Shown in pieces: positions 11,187 to 23,490 of a DNA stretch of 54,061 bases (positions within the stretch are counted from its first letter, which is position 1; the number at the start of each line of letters is the position of its first letter). This DNA comes from Prorocentrum cordatum. Taxonomy: Eukaryota. Position numbers and translations under genes: made by a program. Below the pieces are notes generated by a model. It worked only from the letters and a program-made list of their open reading frames with translations, did no database searches and was not told the DNA's origin. The DNA is taken from positions 62,001 to 116,061 of the forward strand of contig CAUYUJ010000268.1 of the NCBI GenBank assembly GCA_963575745.1. Direction: 5' to 3'.

Positions 11187-13420
11187 AAACAAAATAGAAA
11201 TCCACCGCCCGACACACCAGCTGTGGAACAGCGCAGTGGCGGAGAAGCACATGTGTTTGACATTGCTGTTTCCGAACCAGTCATTATCCCAATGTTCCCC
11301 ATGATCATCTTCCAGCCGCAATCTTGAAGTCCCGAGACCACCAGTGACATTGCAAGCGATTCAGGTCGGTACCCTTCTCTCGATCGCAATCCCTGGCAGA
11401 TGCCAATCAGGGTGGCCTTCGCGGTCAAGAAGATTGAAGTGTCGAATACGCCTTCGGCAAGTCACCGTTTCCCCCGACCTTGTGTGGAAACGCAGGGCAC
11501 TGGTGGCCTATGATTTGCGGAAATGCAGTTTCTTGGGCCATCTTGGGACGTTGGGCCATCTCGGTGCGTTTTTGTGCAGTCTGGCGCCGCTGGAGGCCGT
11601 GCTTGGGGTCTGTTAGGGTGTCTTGGGATCTTCGAGGGCGTTTTTAGGTTCTCTTGAACCGTATTGAGGATATTGTAAGTTCGTCTTCAATATCTGGCGA
11701 TATTGCGGGTCTGTTGGGGCGCATCTGACCTTTTGAAGATTGACAAGGCAAGCACGTGTACATCCATTACAGCACAAGGAACATATGTGATGTTAGCAGT
11801 TCCAGAACCTCCAGAAGGTACTCTTGGACCGCTCTCGAGACCTCTTGAGTCCATGTGGGGCCATAGTTGGACCGGATTCGCAGTCTGGGGATTGTTTTGT
11901 AGGCCATCTTAGTTCATCGTCACCTGTTCGGAAACCCTTTGGGAGCCACTGGGGGTGAAAAACTTGTTGGGGACACTCGTCTCCAGACATTTGTGGGCGA
12001 TTACGCGAGGCATTCGGGACGGGCCGACAACCATGTGGATGTGTAGGGAAGTGCTAAGTCGCTTGAAAGTCTGCACGCCAAGGACCCCTCGGGCAGGCTG
12101 GGGGTAAGGCGTATCTGGCGGTCTTCGGCCCATCTTGCCACTGCGCTTGGGTCAAGGACAAACTCCTCAGAGGTCTCTTGGTGTTCCTCTTGGGGACCTC
12201 TTGGGAGCCTCGTGTCGGGACCCCTTGGTGTCCTATGGGGCCTTGTGATATCTTCTTGGTTCCGCGGTTTCTGGTGCCCCTTGCACTCTTGAGGGCAACA
12301 TGGGCCGTCTTGCGGTGATCTTTGGCCGTGTGTTATTTCAGTGAGTTTGGCTTCTTGGGTCAGCCTCAAAGAGCCTCCAAGAGCGCCCAAGTCACTCAAG
12401 ACGACTCCTGCACGGGCGCCTGGGACCATCTCACAGCATGTTGGAAGTTCAAAAGAGCGCCTCGAGAATCGTGGGAAAGGCCGCGCGGCGAATTCTGGGA
12501 GCGCCCGACAGCACCCAGGATCGCCGTGCCCAGCCCAGCATTTGAAGGGGAGAGAACCTCTCTTCAGGTAGTAGTTACCCGGTTCTGGATAGAGAGTTCT
12601 GCACCGACGTCACGGTGTCGGATATCCCCTTGTAAGCGCCCGAATTATTATACGAGTGCTCGGGAAGTAACCTCAACGAAACGACAAACAAGTATTCCCA
12701 ATGTTGTATGGCAGTATTTGTTTTTGTTGACAAACACGCGTAAACGTTTTACCGATGCTGAAGTTACTTGTATGTGGACTTGTCCGCATATGTCTTGGAA
12801 CATCCTTCTGGGCTCAAATGTGTAATATGGTCGGCACTAAGAGGGGCATCGTTGGAGTCCACATGTGCGCGCTTCGATATTCCAAGAATTCCTAGGTGTA
12901 CTCAGCGACCACCAGGTAACACATGTCACAGACCAGGCTGCCCGGGGGAGCCATAGGGAGCCATGGTAAGACAATATACCACCAGAACAAGTACCACACA
13001 CAGGCCCAGGTTTGAAGATATTTAAGGAGCATTCGGCACACGTTTGGATCGTGTGGTGGTTGGAAGTGCGGCGTAGCTGGCATCGCTCACAAATCGGATC
13101 CGACCCCTTCGCTCCCGATCGACGAGACGCTCCAGAACTGTACGGTATCCATGCCCGCGACAGGGATCAGGACGTGCAGCATGAGCAGGAGGAGTCAATG
13201 CACTCCTTCCGCACCACCACTCTGCCGCCCGTTGCCTTCATTTCTTTGCGCTGCCATGTACTGTACTGATTGTGAGTCGCATGTTACCTGAAGCTGTTTG
13301 GCTCTAGGGAAACAGAAAAGGAGCGAGCCTGCGGCGCGCGCGCGTGCGTCGGCTGGCGGGCGGGCCTCCTCCCTTCAGGGTTATCCTATTGTTAGTTTAA
13401 CGGCATTATCCTTTCTCCCC

Positions 13421-16400
13421 ATGTCATCCGCGAAGCCCACTGAACATGAGAGATCATCGGAGCATATTGCAGGGATTATGAGCATTCAGGCAAAAGACTG
13501 GTTATCAGCCGACGCGGCGGCACAGCCGTTAGCTTCGCAGAGCATGGGATCACGGGAAGGAGCGTTCGGAAGAAAAGAAGAATGGCATCGTTCCGAGCAC
13601 GTGTATGATGCAGGCGCATCTATGAAACGACTTCGTTCTCTCCGCCTCCCAGAAACGCAAGCGTCGAAAACTGTGTTCGATTTAATAAAAGGGGATTCTC
13701 CGGCCAATTCGATGACAATAATATGGGAACAAGCCCCGAGCGGGAGGCATGGCACAGCCCAAACTCCCGCCAGGGGGCCATCTTATTTGGCACCGGCGCA
13801 CCCGAGTTCTGAACCGTCGATTGACTTAGACCATGAGATGGGGAAATTGCTGGAACGAATATCCAGAGACACGTAAGATCAAGGTAACTGTAGCACTGGA
13901 AAAGCAGCGCAATTTGAGATTCATGGTCAGGGCGAGGAGGAGAGCGATCTACAATCTGAAAGGGACAGCTCGCATTCAATTGAGAGGAATGAAGAGCATG
14001 CTCAATTCCATACCTCACCTGGCCAATCTCGTCACCATAATCCCTTCACTGATGGGTTCGACGGGCTCGCCCCAGGCGCAGACCTGTCAGAGAACGAGAC
14101 AGTCGACTATGCAACGGTCGATGCACTCCAGCAGGTTATTTTTGATTCGGATGATGATGTTAGAGATGGAAGACGCCCAGATCAAGGCGAGGGTTCGTCG
14201 GCTCAGCCGATGCTGAACTCGCCCGAAGGCTTGGGCACGGCGAGGCATGCAAGAGAGCCCACGGGTACAACTCCACTACCACAGATAAAGAAGCGTAAGA
14301 ATGAGGATGACGACCTAAATGCTTCCCTCTGCCAGAAGGCTTTCACCCACCAGACTTCACATTGACGAGGTCTAGGAGAGACCGGGTGCCCGAACTTGAT
14401 GAGCTGACGATGCAGGGCGAAAAAGACGAGCTGGCCCAAAAACAGGATGTCAATTTCATCAATAGGGGCGCAAGAGCAAGGGACCAGCATACTCCTGCCT
14501 CCAGCAGGGGACACAAGACGGCCCCCAGGGCCGGACGCTCCAGCTCCAGAGGATTCAATGCCCTGGAGTCACCTCGGCCATCGTCCAATAGGACCGCCAG
14601 CAGCTTCTCGATAAGGGACAGTCGTTGGAATGCCGGACTTAGGTGCCAGCCTCAGGCGGGGAACAAATGCCAGGGAAAAGCGCGCCAACCGGGGGGGCCG
14701 TGCCTCAGGCCAGCGCGCTCGCACTGTTCGAATGCATGTCCCAAGTGCAGCGTCGCATGGCCCTGCGGAGAACGCATTGAATTGGAGGAACGCAGCTGCC
14801 GCAGCAGTGCCATCCAGGAGCGGGAAGAGAAAAACAGGCAGGATCGAGAACAATTGAGAGCTGCGAGTGCGCATGCACAGAACATTATACTCGAGGCACA
14901 AGTGGATAAGAGAGCCGCTGAAGAAGCCAAGCGGATGCCAGTAGGATCCGAAGCAGAAAGACAGGCAATGGCACAAAAGGACGAACAAGACAGCATTTGG
15001 AAGATGCGGAGAGACGTATACAGCAAGCGCAAGCTAGCGCGGCAGGAGTTACGGACGCGGCCCAGCGGCGTCTCCCGCAAAAAGGAGAACGAGAAAATAG
15101 AAATTCAACATGTGGCTGAACGAATGGCGCCAGCTTCTCATCAGCAGGCCGAGGAAGAGAGGCCGAATACAGAGAAATGGCCGACGCTGCCAGGAGGGGG
15201 GAGGGAAAGAGGCTCGAGAACAAGCAGCACGTGCAAATCAGGAGCTCGCAACGCATTCGAATCTGTCAGATTCGAGGCCGAAGAGGTCAAATCGGAAGCC
15301 CTGCGAGCCCTTCAAGAACACGAGCATAAGGCACAGGCAATTGGGGCCATCTGAAAGGGCAAGCAGGCGAGCAAATGAAAAACAATGTTTTTGCCGCTCG
15401 CGCAGTAAGCGAAGAGAACAGGAGGTTCAGATTTTACTTCGACCAACGACGGAAAGACAGGGAGTCGCTGGAATGGGCTCGGACAACCGGGCCACGCGCG
15501 ACAGAAGCCCTGACAAAAGCTGAGTTTGTGCCCGCGGTTTTCACGGCAGATGCGGGCTCAACTGGGAGGCTTTGATCGTCGCCGGCACAGCCGATGCGTG
15601 TTGAACCACCTCCGAGCCCGACTGTCGTTCGCCCCGCACGTAAAAACGACGACGAGCAGGCTCAGACCTCGCGCAGGCAACGCAGTTCAGCATTGTCACG
15701 CTTGTTAAGAACTTTTCGTTGAGATCTGCGCGGGGCGCTCGAAGCCCGCGCGCAGGGTTCACCTGGGCGCGATTATTAAAGGGCGCACGGAGCGCGCCTG
15801 GAACAAACAGTTCGGGCGACAAGAAGATCTCGAGAGAGGGGGGGGCCACTTGGCGCGCATGACCCCCCCCCCCCCCCCCCCCCCCCCCCCGCGACAGTGG
15901 CGACCCCGAGAAGACGGCGTCGAGTCACTCGGATGTGCCGAAAGACGATAGATCGGAACGAAGAGTAAGCAATCTCGCCGATCTGATGGGCATGCCGATA
16001 TTCAAATCGACCAGATCAGATTCTGATCAAATGCTTCTTTTGACAGCCCCGCCTGCACCCGCGCTTCCTCTCGCAAAATCACATGTCATTCCAGGGCCGG
16101 CCGTTGAGAAGTCTCGCGATACAATGGAGGTTCGATGCAAGAGTACGTTTGGGGGGAGAGCCCTGGAAACGTTCCGTTCAACCTTAGAATTTCAGGGCCC
16201 CCCGGCAACTTCGGTCTGCCTGGTCGGCCCCTTTTGACCATGGCTCAGCCGCGACCGGCAAAGGAGGCGGAGATCCGGGTGGACATGATGACGACCAGAG
16301 AGATGATCGAAGCACTGCGCCCAGCACCGGCATGATTGCAGCAGTACAGTTTGAGGAGACGGGCAAGCGAAAGCCACCCGAGGGCCCCCCTGGGGGACCT

Positions 16401-17326
16401 GGGGGCGGAGGCGACCCAGACGGAGATGGCGGTGGAGGGCCCAATGGTCACCATGACCCAACTTTACAACCATTCAATACCAGCCAAATGGGCGCGAATT
16501 GGAGAAGCTCTGGGAACAATAAACAGCTAAACCTTCTAGACACCCCGAGTGCCCAGACACTGCGCGAACGGAAGCAACATTGCATTAGCCGGGTCATGGC
16601 ATGATGTCAAGGCGGCACAAACGTGGATCATTGAAGCAATGGGGCCTGAGGTGCCGAAGGACAGCCTTCGGGACTCTGGAGCGCTGATGCGTCTTGATAT
16701 GATGATCGCCACAAATATATTCGAATAGTTCGCCAATGTGAAGCGCATCCGCAACCTGTCAGTGCAGCACGTTCATTTTCTCCCGCAAATCAACCGCGTG
16801 GAGCACTCTTGCCAGATGGAGGGACGTCTTCTTACGGGGCGAGAAATGATTCGCACTATATGTGGTTGGTGTCCTGTCAGGTCCGAAAACGGACAACGCT
16901 GGATATGTCGCGACCTGTTTAAAATAACGATTGATCGACAGAAGCCCAGCCAGGATTTGCATCACTTCTACAGTGCATGGATGGAGTTCCCTGCCGGATG
17001 AAATGAAGGCTTCAATACATGCGCATTTCTACGAACAGATCAAACAGGTTCCGAGGTTTGACTACGCAATGCACTGGTGCGAATTGTCGACAAACCTTCC
17101 AGGGATGCGCTCGCACCAATGGTTGTTATACCAGGTTGAGTCGTTTTTGATGCGCGATCGAGAAAAGTTGGCAATATCTGAACATGAACCAACCCTCAAT
17201 TCCAGGAACAGACAGGCTCGCCATGCAGGAGGAATGAGTGAAGCCGCTGGCGGTGGGCGACGGGCCTCCGCTATGTCAGCGGCTCCACAAAAACGCTTCC
17301 CAATACACATTTTCTGCATTACTTAA
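13421..17326 (+). pseudogene. Decayed gag-like / coiled-coil polyprotein region, probably of an LTR retrotransposon
   Basis: Chain of broken + strand ORFs: charged coiled-coil (14362..15354), then a PPGGPGGGGDPDGDGGG linker, then helical motifs LLTGREMIRTI, DLHHFYSAW, FYEQIKQ, RSHQWLLYQVESFL. These resemble gag-like proteins of dinoflagellate retrotransposons (from memory). No pol domains or LTRs seen. Confidence 0.45.
15863..15890. repeat. Poly-C tract (28 nt)
   Basis: Directly visible. Confidence 0.95.
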
Positions 17327-17616
17327 TTTAGTCATGGGCCCCGGTACGTCCCGGCCCAATTTCGAGCGGCCCGCTCGCGCCAGCTCGCACGGGGAGCTCG
17401 TCGGGCCGCTCCGGGGGCGCCCCCCCTCGCACGGAGCGCTTGGGCGCGCCTGGGAGCGCCCGGGCATGCCCGGCAGCGCCTGGGAACGCTTTGCAGCGCT
17501 TCGGAGCGCATGGAGAGGCGTCGGAGAGCTTGGGGGCGTCGCGATGGCGTTATGCTTGCTGTTGTTCGGGCTTGCCCAATACGGAGTGCTTTTGGTTTAG
17601 GGTTTAGGGTTTAGGG

Positions 17617-18465
17617 CTTCTCGGGCGCGCAGCGGCCGACAGTCTGGGCGAGACTGCCCCCCCTTCGGCAGGCTCGGTTAGGGGGGGCGCGTCGCCGACC
17701 CTATCAAGCCTGCCGACGACGCAAGAGCTGCAACCACTTCCCACCCCCGGCCGCATGGCCGGCGACCTCCCGAAAGAAAGCCTTTTAAGGTTTAAGGCCG
17801 CTGGCTTTTAAATTCTCCAAAGCGCTCTAAGCGCTCCCAGGCGCCCCCTGGCGCCCCCAGACGCTCCAGGGCGCTCCAAGGCGCCCCCAGGCGCTCCCAG
17901 GCGCCCCCGGGCGCTCCCAGGCGCCCCCAGGCGCCCCAGGCGCTCCCAGGCGATCCCAGGCGCCCCCAGGCGCTCCCAGTCCCAAGCGCCCCAGGCGCTC
18001 CCAGGCGCTCCCGGCGCGCTCCCGGCACGCTCCCAGGCGCTCCCAGGCGCCCCCGGTCGGCAGGCTCGATTGGGGGAGCGCGTCGCCGAACCGATCTAGC
18101 TTGCCGACGACAGAAGAGCTGCAACCACTTCCCACCCCCGGCCGCATGGCCGGCGACCTCCCAAACTAAAGCTTTTTAGAGTTCAGGGCCGCTGGCCCCT
18201 AAATTCCCAAATGCGTTCTAAGCGCTCCCAGGCGCTCCCAGGCACTCCCAGGGCGCTCCCAGGCGCTCCCAGGCGCTCCCGGCGCGCTCCCGGCACGCTC
18301 CCAGGCGCTCCCAGGCGCTCCCGGCACGCTCCCGGCACGCTCCCAGGCGCCCCCCGGCGCTCCCAGACGTTCCCAGGCGCCCCCAGGCGCTCCCAAGTGC
18401 GCCCAGAGGCGTTTAGAGCGCCCCACACGTGTTTTTACGTGTCGGAGAAGCGCAGCACCCCGCGG
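17617..18465 (+). mobile_element. Telomere-flanked non-coding module, family D copy 1 (copy 2 at ~27163-27720)
   Basis: Shared start cttct..gcgcagcggccgacagtc, shared agagctgcaaccacttcccacccccggccgcatggccggcgacctccc, (GCGCTCCCAG)n interior, and shared end cacacgtgtttttacgtgtcggagaagc. Confidence 0.6.
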
Positions 18466-18486
18466 TTTAGGGTTTAGGGTTTAGGG

Positions 18487-20345
18487 TCTAACAGGCTTGG
18501 CCACGATTACAACTTGCCCACGAACCCACCTACGGTGGCCGTCAATCCCACCCGCAAGCCACCCCACCATAAAGATCATCTCTCCTCTCCTTGAAACAAC
18601 ATCGGCGCAAACGAAGACGACGGCAAACGACGACGAGGACGACCGCGCGTTGCTTTTATTGTTAATTGCCCTGGACCTATCCCGCCACTGTGCTATAGCA
18701 TGGCATAACACAGCAGGGGTCTCCAAAAAGTGGTGACCCCTATGTGCGCGTCGCCTTTGACTGTTACCTGCCCTATGCCTATCCCGCCACCGTCTATAGC
18801 ATGGCATGGCACGGCATGGGTCCCCAACAAGTGGGGACCCCTATGTGCGCGTTGCTTTTATTGTTAATTGCCCTGGGCCTATCCCGCCACTGTGCTATAG
18901 CATGGCATAACACAGCAAAGTCCCCCAAAAGTGGGGACCCCTTATGTGCGCGTCGCCTTTTATTGTTACTTGCCCTAGGCCTATCCCGCCACTGTGCTAT
19001 AGCATGGCATGGCACAGCATGGGTCCCCAAAATGTGGGGACCCCAATGTGCGCGTTACCTTTTACTCCTATCGCCCTAGGCATATCCCGCCACTGCGCTA
19101 TGGCATGGCATAGCACAGCATGGGTCCCCAAAATGTGGGGACGTCTACGCGCGCGTTGATTTACTCGTACTTGCCCTAGGCTTATCCCGCCACGGTGCTA
19201 TAGCATGGCATAGCACAACATGTGCCCTCAACAAGTGGGGGGCCCTATGTGCGCGTTGCCTTTTACTATTTGCCCTATGCCTATCCCGCCACTGTGCTAT
19301 AGCATGGCATAGCACAGCATGGGCCCCAAAAAAGTGGGGACCCCTATATGCGGACAAGTAACAGTAAAAGACAGCGCACATAGGGGTCCCCACTTTTTGG
19401 ATACCCATGACTTGCTATGCCATGCTATGGCATAGTGGCGGGATAGGCCGAAGGCAAGTAACAGTAAAGTACGGCGCGCACATGCGTGCACAGAAAAGCA
19501 TGAACAAGAAGAACATATAATGACAAATGATGAGGCGGAGAGAAGTGGGGAGGTAGCTGGCAATCGAGACACACTCGAGATAATTGTTAAACTTCAACAC
19601 CCGTGTGCCCCATACAAGCGAAACGGTTCGGGCAGACGGCCCCTAACGAGCGCGACAGATCGGGTCGGGCGATGGCACGCGAGTACCCTAGCGGACGGGA
19701 CGGGTCGGCCAAGCAAAACGACCAGGACGAATCAGGTCGGGCGAAAGAGATTCTGCACGCATACGCAGCAAATGCTATTTTTTTGAAAAGAAAAATATGC
19801 TCGCAAGGGGGGCGGGGCACTTTGTAATGTAAAATACAAGAGATTCTGCACGCATGCTCCGCAAATGCTATTTTTTGCAGTAGATGGACCGGATTTACAT
19901 AACCAGGTGGCAAGGGGGGCCGGGCACTTTATATGTAGTACAAAAGATTACGCACGCTTGCTCAGCATGTGTTTTTTTCCAATAGATGAACGCGGAACGC
20001 ATCAGGGACCAGGTAATTTGTAATGTGAAATACAAGAGATTCTTCACGCATGCTCAGCAAATGCTTTTTTCTTGCAGTAGATGGAGCTGGTTTACATAAA
20101 CCGGTCGCGACGGGGGCCGGGCACTTTGTATTGTAAAATACAAGAGATTATGCGCGCATGCTCAGCAAATGATATGTTTTGCAGTAGATGGGACCGGGTC
20201 GCAACGGGGACAGGGCACTTTGTAATGTAAAATATATGAGATTCTGCACGCATGCTCAGGAAATGATATTTTCCAGTAGATGGAGCGGGTTTGCATGGTG
20301 ACCGGTTTTAGGTTATTCAGGGTTTAACCATTATAGGGTTAGAAA
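18487..20345 (+). mobile_element. Telomere-flanked non-coding module, family C copy 1 (shorter copy at ~26490-27134)
   Basis: Shared start ctaacaggcttggccacga..aaagatcatctctcctctccttg and a shared ~100-bp subrepeat (gagattctgcacgcatgctcag..gcagtagatggagcggg) near the right end. Confidence 0.6.
18644..19480. repeat. About 100-bp tandem repeat (7 units) followed by about 1.2 inverted units
   Basis: atcccgccac recurs at 99-102 bp spacing from ~18679 to ~19283; a reverse-complement unit lies at ~19355-19480. Confidence 0.9.
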
Positions 20346-20366
20346 TTTAGGGTTTAGGGTTTAGGG

Positions 20367-21704
20367 TGTTGCCCGCCAAGCGGTGTGGGCGCGCGCACGC
20401 ATCCCACCCCCATATCCAGATTGTTGGGGGTGGGATGCTGTGTGCGCGCTCGCGTTGCTTGTCCTCCCGCCCCAATCCACCCCGGCTATTTTCTTTTAGG
20501 GTTTAGGGACACAGAGAGTTCTTCCCCCCAGCCCCCACTCATGGGGGGTCGATCACAGCGTCGTCCCACCTGAGAGCGCGCAGGCGCTGTAACGCATTGG
20601 GGAACAGCCTCCAGCTTTAGTTCGCGCGTTGGGGAACGCCCGACCGGGCGATCTCTTCCGACTCTCGCAGGGGCGGTTCTGCGCGGTGGCGCACGCGCAG
20701 CGGTTTGCTGGCCAACGAGGTGTCGTACCTTGTGGCCCATGTTACGCTGGCGACGCCAGAACCGCGCCTGCGCGCTCTTTTTCGATGCCCAAGCGCGCTG
20801 GCGAGCGCATATGGCGATTGAAGTAAACTTACGCAGATGCCTCAATCTCAGAAGCGATCATGGTGGGGGGGACCAGCTCGCCGGACGCTCCGCGGCTCGC
20901 GCGCGCGCGCGAGGTTCCCGCGCTGACACCACGTCGTCCTCTAGAGTCTCCGGGGTTCGTTCGCGCGTTGGGGGACGCCCGACCGGGCGACCTTTTCCGA
21001 TTCTCGCAGGAGCGATTCTGCGCGGTGGCGCACGCGCAGCGCTTTGTCTCGGATGGCGGGAGGGGGAGCTCGAGGGGGCGGGCCTGGCGCCCCCTCGATG
21101 CGACGCACCAGGCAGCGCGTCGCGTGCGTCAGCCGGCCGGCCGGCCGGCCGTCCAGCCGTCGAGTGTATTCCTTATCGCTGAAGTACGTTGGCGACGCCA
21201 GAACCGCGCCTGCGCGCTCTTTTTCGGTGCGCAGGCGCGCTGGCGAGCGCATATCGCGATTGGGGTAAAATTACGCATCCGCTTCAATCTCAGAGGGGAT
21301 CATGTTGCGCCACGACAACGGGGACCAGTGCGCCGGACGCTCCGCGGCTCGCGCGCGCGCGCGAGGTTCCCGCGCTGGGGACCCCCTGGGAGCGCTTGGG
21401 GAGCCTCTGGGACGCGTGGAAGCGCCTGGGGAGCGCTTGGGAGCCCGCCCAGGCGCGCCTGGGGGCGTTTTCTAGGTTTTCCTAAGTTCCTGGGGCAACA
21501 TTGCCCCCGCTGGCGTTGGGTTCCGGTTTTCGGGTTCTTATTTCCTGCTACGCAGGTAGCCTGTGGCGTAGCCAGCCTGAGGCGTGGCGTGTGGGCGGTC
21601 GAGCTTAACCTCTCCCTTTCCGTAGATCCTTCAGGCGCTCCACTGAACGTTCCGACCAAGGCTCGTATGCGTCTGGGGCATCCCGACAGCGACGCATACT
21701 CGAG
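20367..21704 (+). mobile_element. Telomere-flanked non-coding module, family A copy 1
   Basis: Start tgttgcccgccaagcggtgtggg and end gacgcatactcgag are shared with the copies at 21719-22976 and 23832-25196; truncated copy at 30530-31066. Confidence 0.75.
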
Positions 21705-21718
21705 TTTAGGGTTTAGGG

Positions 21719-22976
21719 TGTTGCCCGCCAAGCGGTGTGGGCGCGCGCACGCATCCCACCCCCACATCAAGATTGTTGGGGGTGGGATGCTGTGTGCGCG
21801 CTCGCGTTGCGTGTCCTCCCGCCCCAATCCACCCCGGCTATTCTCTTTTAGGGTTTAGGGACACAGAGAGTTCTTCCCCACAGCCCCTACTCATGGGGGT
21901 GTCGAACACCACGTCGTCCTACCTGAGAACGCGCAGGCGCTGTAACGCATTGGGGAACAGCCTCCAGGCCGACCGGGCGCTCTTTTTCGGTGCACAGGCG
22001 CGCTGGCGAGCGCATATCGCGATTGGGGTAAAATTACGCATATGCTTCAATCTCAGAGGGGATCATGTTGCGCCACGATAACGGGGACCAGTTCGCCGAA
22101 CGCTCCGCGGCTCGCGCGCGCGCGCGAGGTTCCCGCGCTGGGGACCCCCTGGGAGCGCTTGGGGAGCTTCTGGGACGCGTGGGAGCGCCTGGGGGGCGCT
22201 TGGGAGCGCGCCCAGGCGCGCTGGCCGGCAAGGTTGACGCAACGCTATCCCCAGGCAAGTGGAAGAGCACGAAGTGGCTTACAGTTGGCTCCGGGCATCC
22301 AAAATGTGGCCCGGGAATGGAGTTCTGGGAAGTCGAAGAGCACGAAGTGGCCTACAGTTGGCTCCGGGCATCCAAAATGTGGCCCGGGAATGGAGTTCTG
22401 GGAAGTCGAAGAGCACGAAGTGGCCTACAGTTGGCTCCGGGCATCCAAAATGTGGCCCGGGAATGGAGTTCTGGGAACTCGAAGAGCACGAAGTGGCCTA
22501 CAGTTGGTTCCGGGCATCCAAATGTGGCCCGGAAAGTTCTGGGAGGTCTGGGAATGTCGAAGAGCACGAAGTGGCTTACAGTTGGCTCCGGGCATCCAAA
22601 ATGTGGCCCGGGAATGGAGTTCTGGGAAGTCGAAGAGCACGAAGTGGCTTACAGTTGGTTCCGGGCATTCAAAATGTAGCCCGGGAATGGAGTTCTGGGA
22701 CGTCGAAGACCACGAAGTGCGAGATTGTTTGCTTAAAGCGAGCCCGGGCCCGGGGGGTTCTGGGGGCAACATGCGCGCTTGCTGGCATTTGGTTCCGGCT
22801 TTCGGTTTCTTATTTCTTGCTACGCAGGTAGCCTGTGGCGTAGCCAGCCTGAGGCGTGGCGTGTGGGCGGTCGAGCTTAACCTCTCCCTTTCCGTAGATC
22901 CTTCAGGCGCTCCACTGAACGTTCCGACCAAGGCTCGTATGTGTCTGGGGCATCCCGACAGCGACGCATACTCGAG
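21719..22976 (+). mobile_element. Family A copy 2 (internal deletion plus 73-bp array)
   Basis: Same termini as copy 1; bounded by TTTAGGG on both sides. Confidence 0.75.
22260..22720. repeat. 73-bp tandem repeat, about 6 units
   Basis: gaagagcacgaagtgg recurs at 22262, 22335, 22408, 22481, ~22559, ~22632, ~22705. Confidence 0.92.
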
Positions 22977-22997
22977 TTTAGGGTTTAAGGTTTAGGG

Positions 22998-23454
22998 CCT
23001 CGCTGGGCGGAAGCAGCTCGACCCCCCCTCCTTCGAGAGGTTGGAGGGGTCGGCTGCTATTCGTTCCCGTTCCCACCCCCCGCCCAAAAGTACCCCTTTA
23101 GGGCTTAGGGTTGTTCTACCCCCCCTCTTTCCCCCCTTCTCATGCGGGGAAGCTCCTTGCTGGCGGCGACCATCTTCTGGCGTCTATCATCTGTCAATAT
23201 ACCCCCTTTCGCCCCCCTTCGCATGGGGGGTAGCTTTCTCTTGCTCGGGGCCGCATCTTGCACGCAGGGTGATCTTTTGGTTTTCATGTAGAATTTCCTG
23301 GGGAAGGGCTTGGTATATCGGCGACAGGGAATACCCAGCGCAACAGCCGCACTGCACATCCCATGACGATCGAGCGCTCCAGGAGCCCCCCAACGCTCAA
23401 GCGCCACGCAAGGCAGCGCGCTACCGATGTCACGAGCGGGCCTGGCCTGGCCTG

Positions 23455-23490
<36 letters not shown>

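Noticed and set aside
11190..13280. Short ORFs, or a possible LTR of the gag-like element
   Set aside because: No recognisable motifs and no second copy in the window.
20494..20508. Telomerase RNA gene (minus-strand CCCUAAACCCUAAAA template)
   Set aside because: Occurs in many divergent repeat modules and no other telomerase RNA features can be shown; kept only as a guide or binding-site hypothesis.
22260..22720. CRISPR-like array (also considered for 35450-41140 and 48770-49910)
   Set aside because: Units repeat in full with no unique spacers, there are no cas genes, and the context is eukaryotic.
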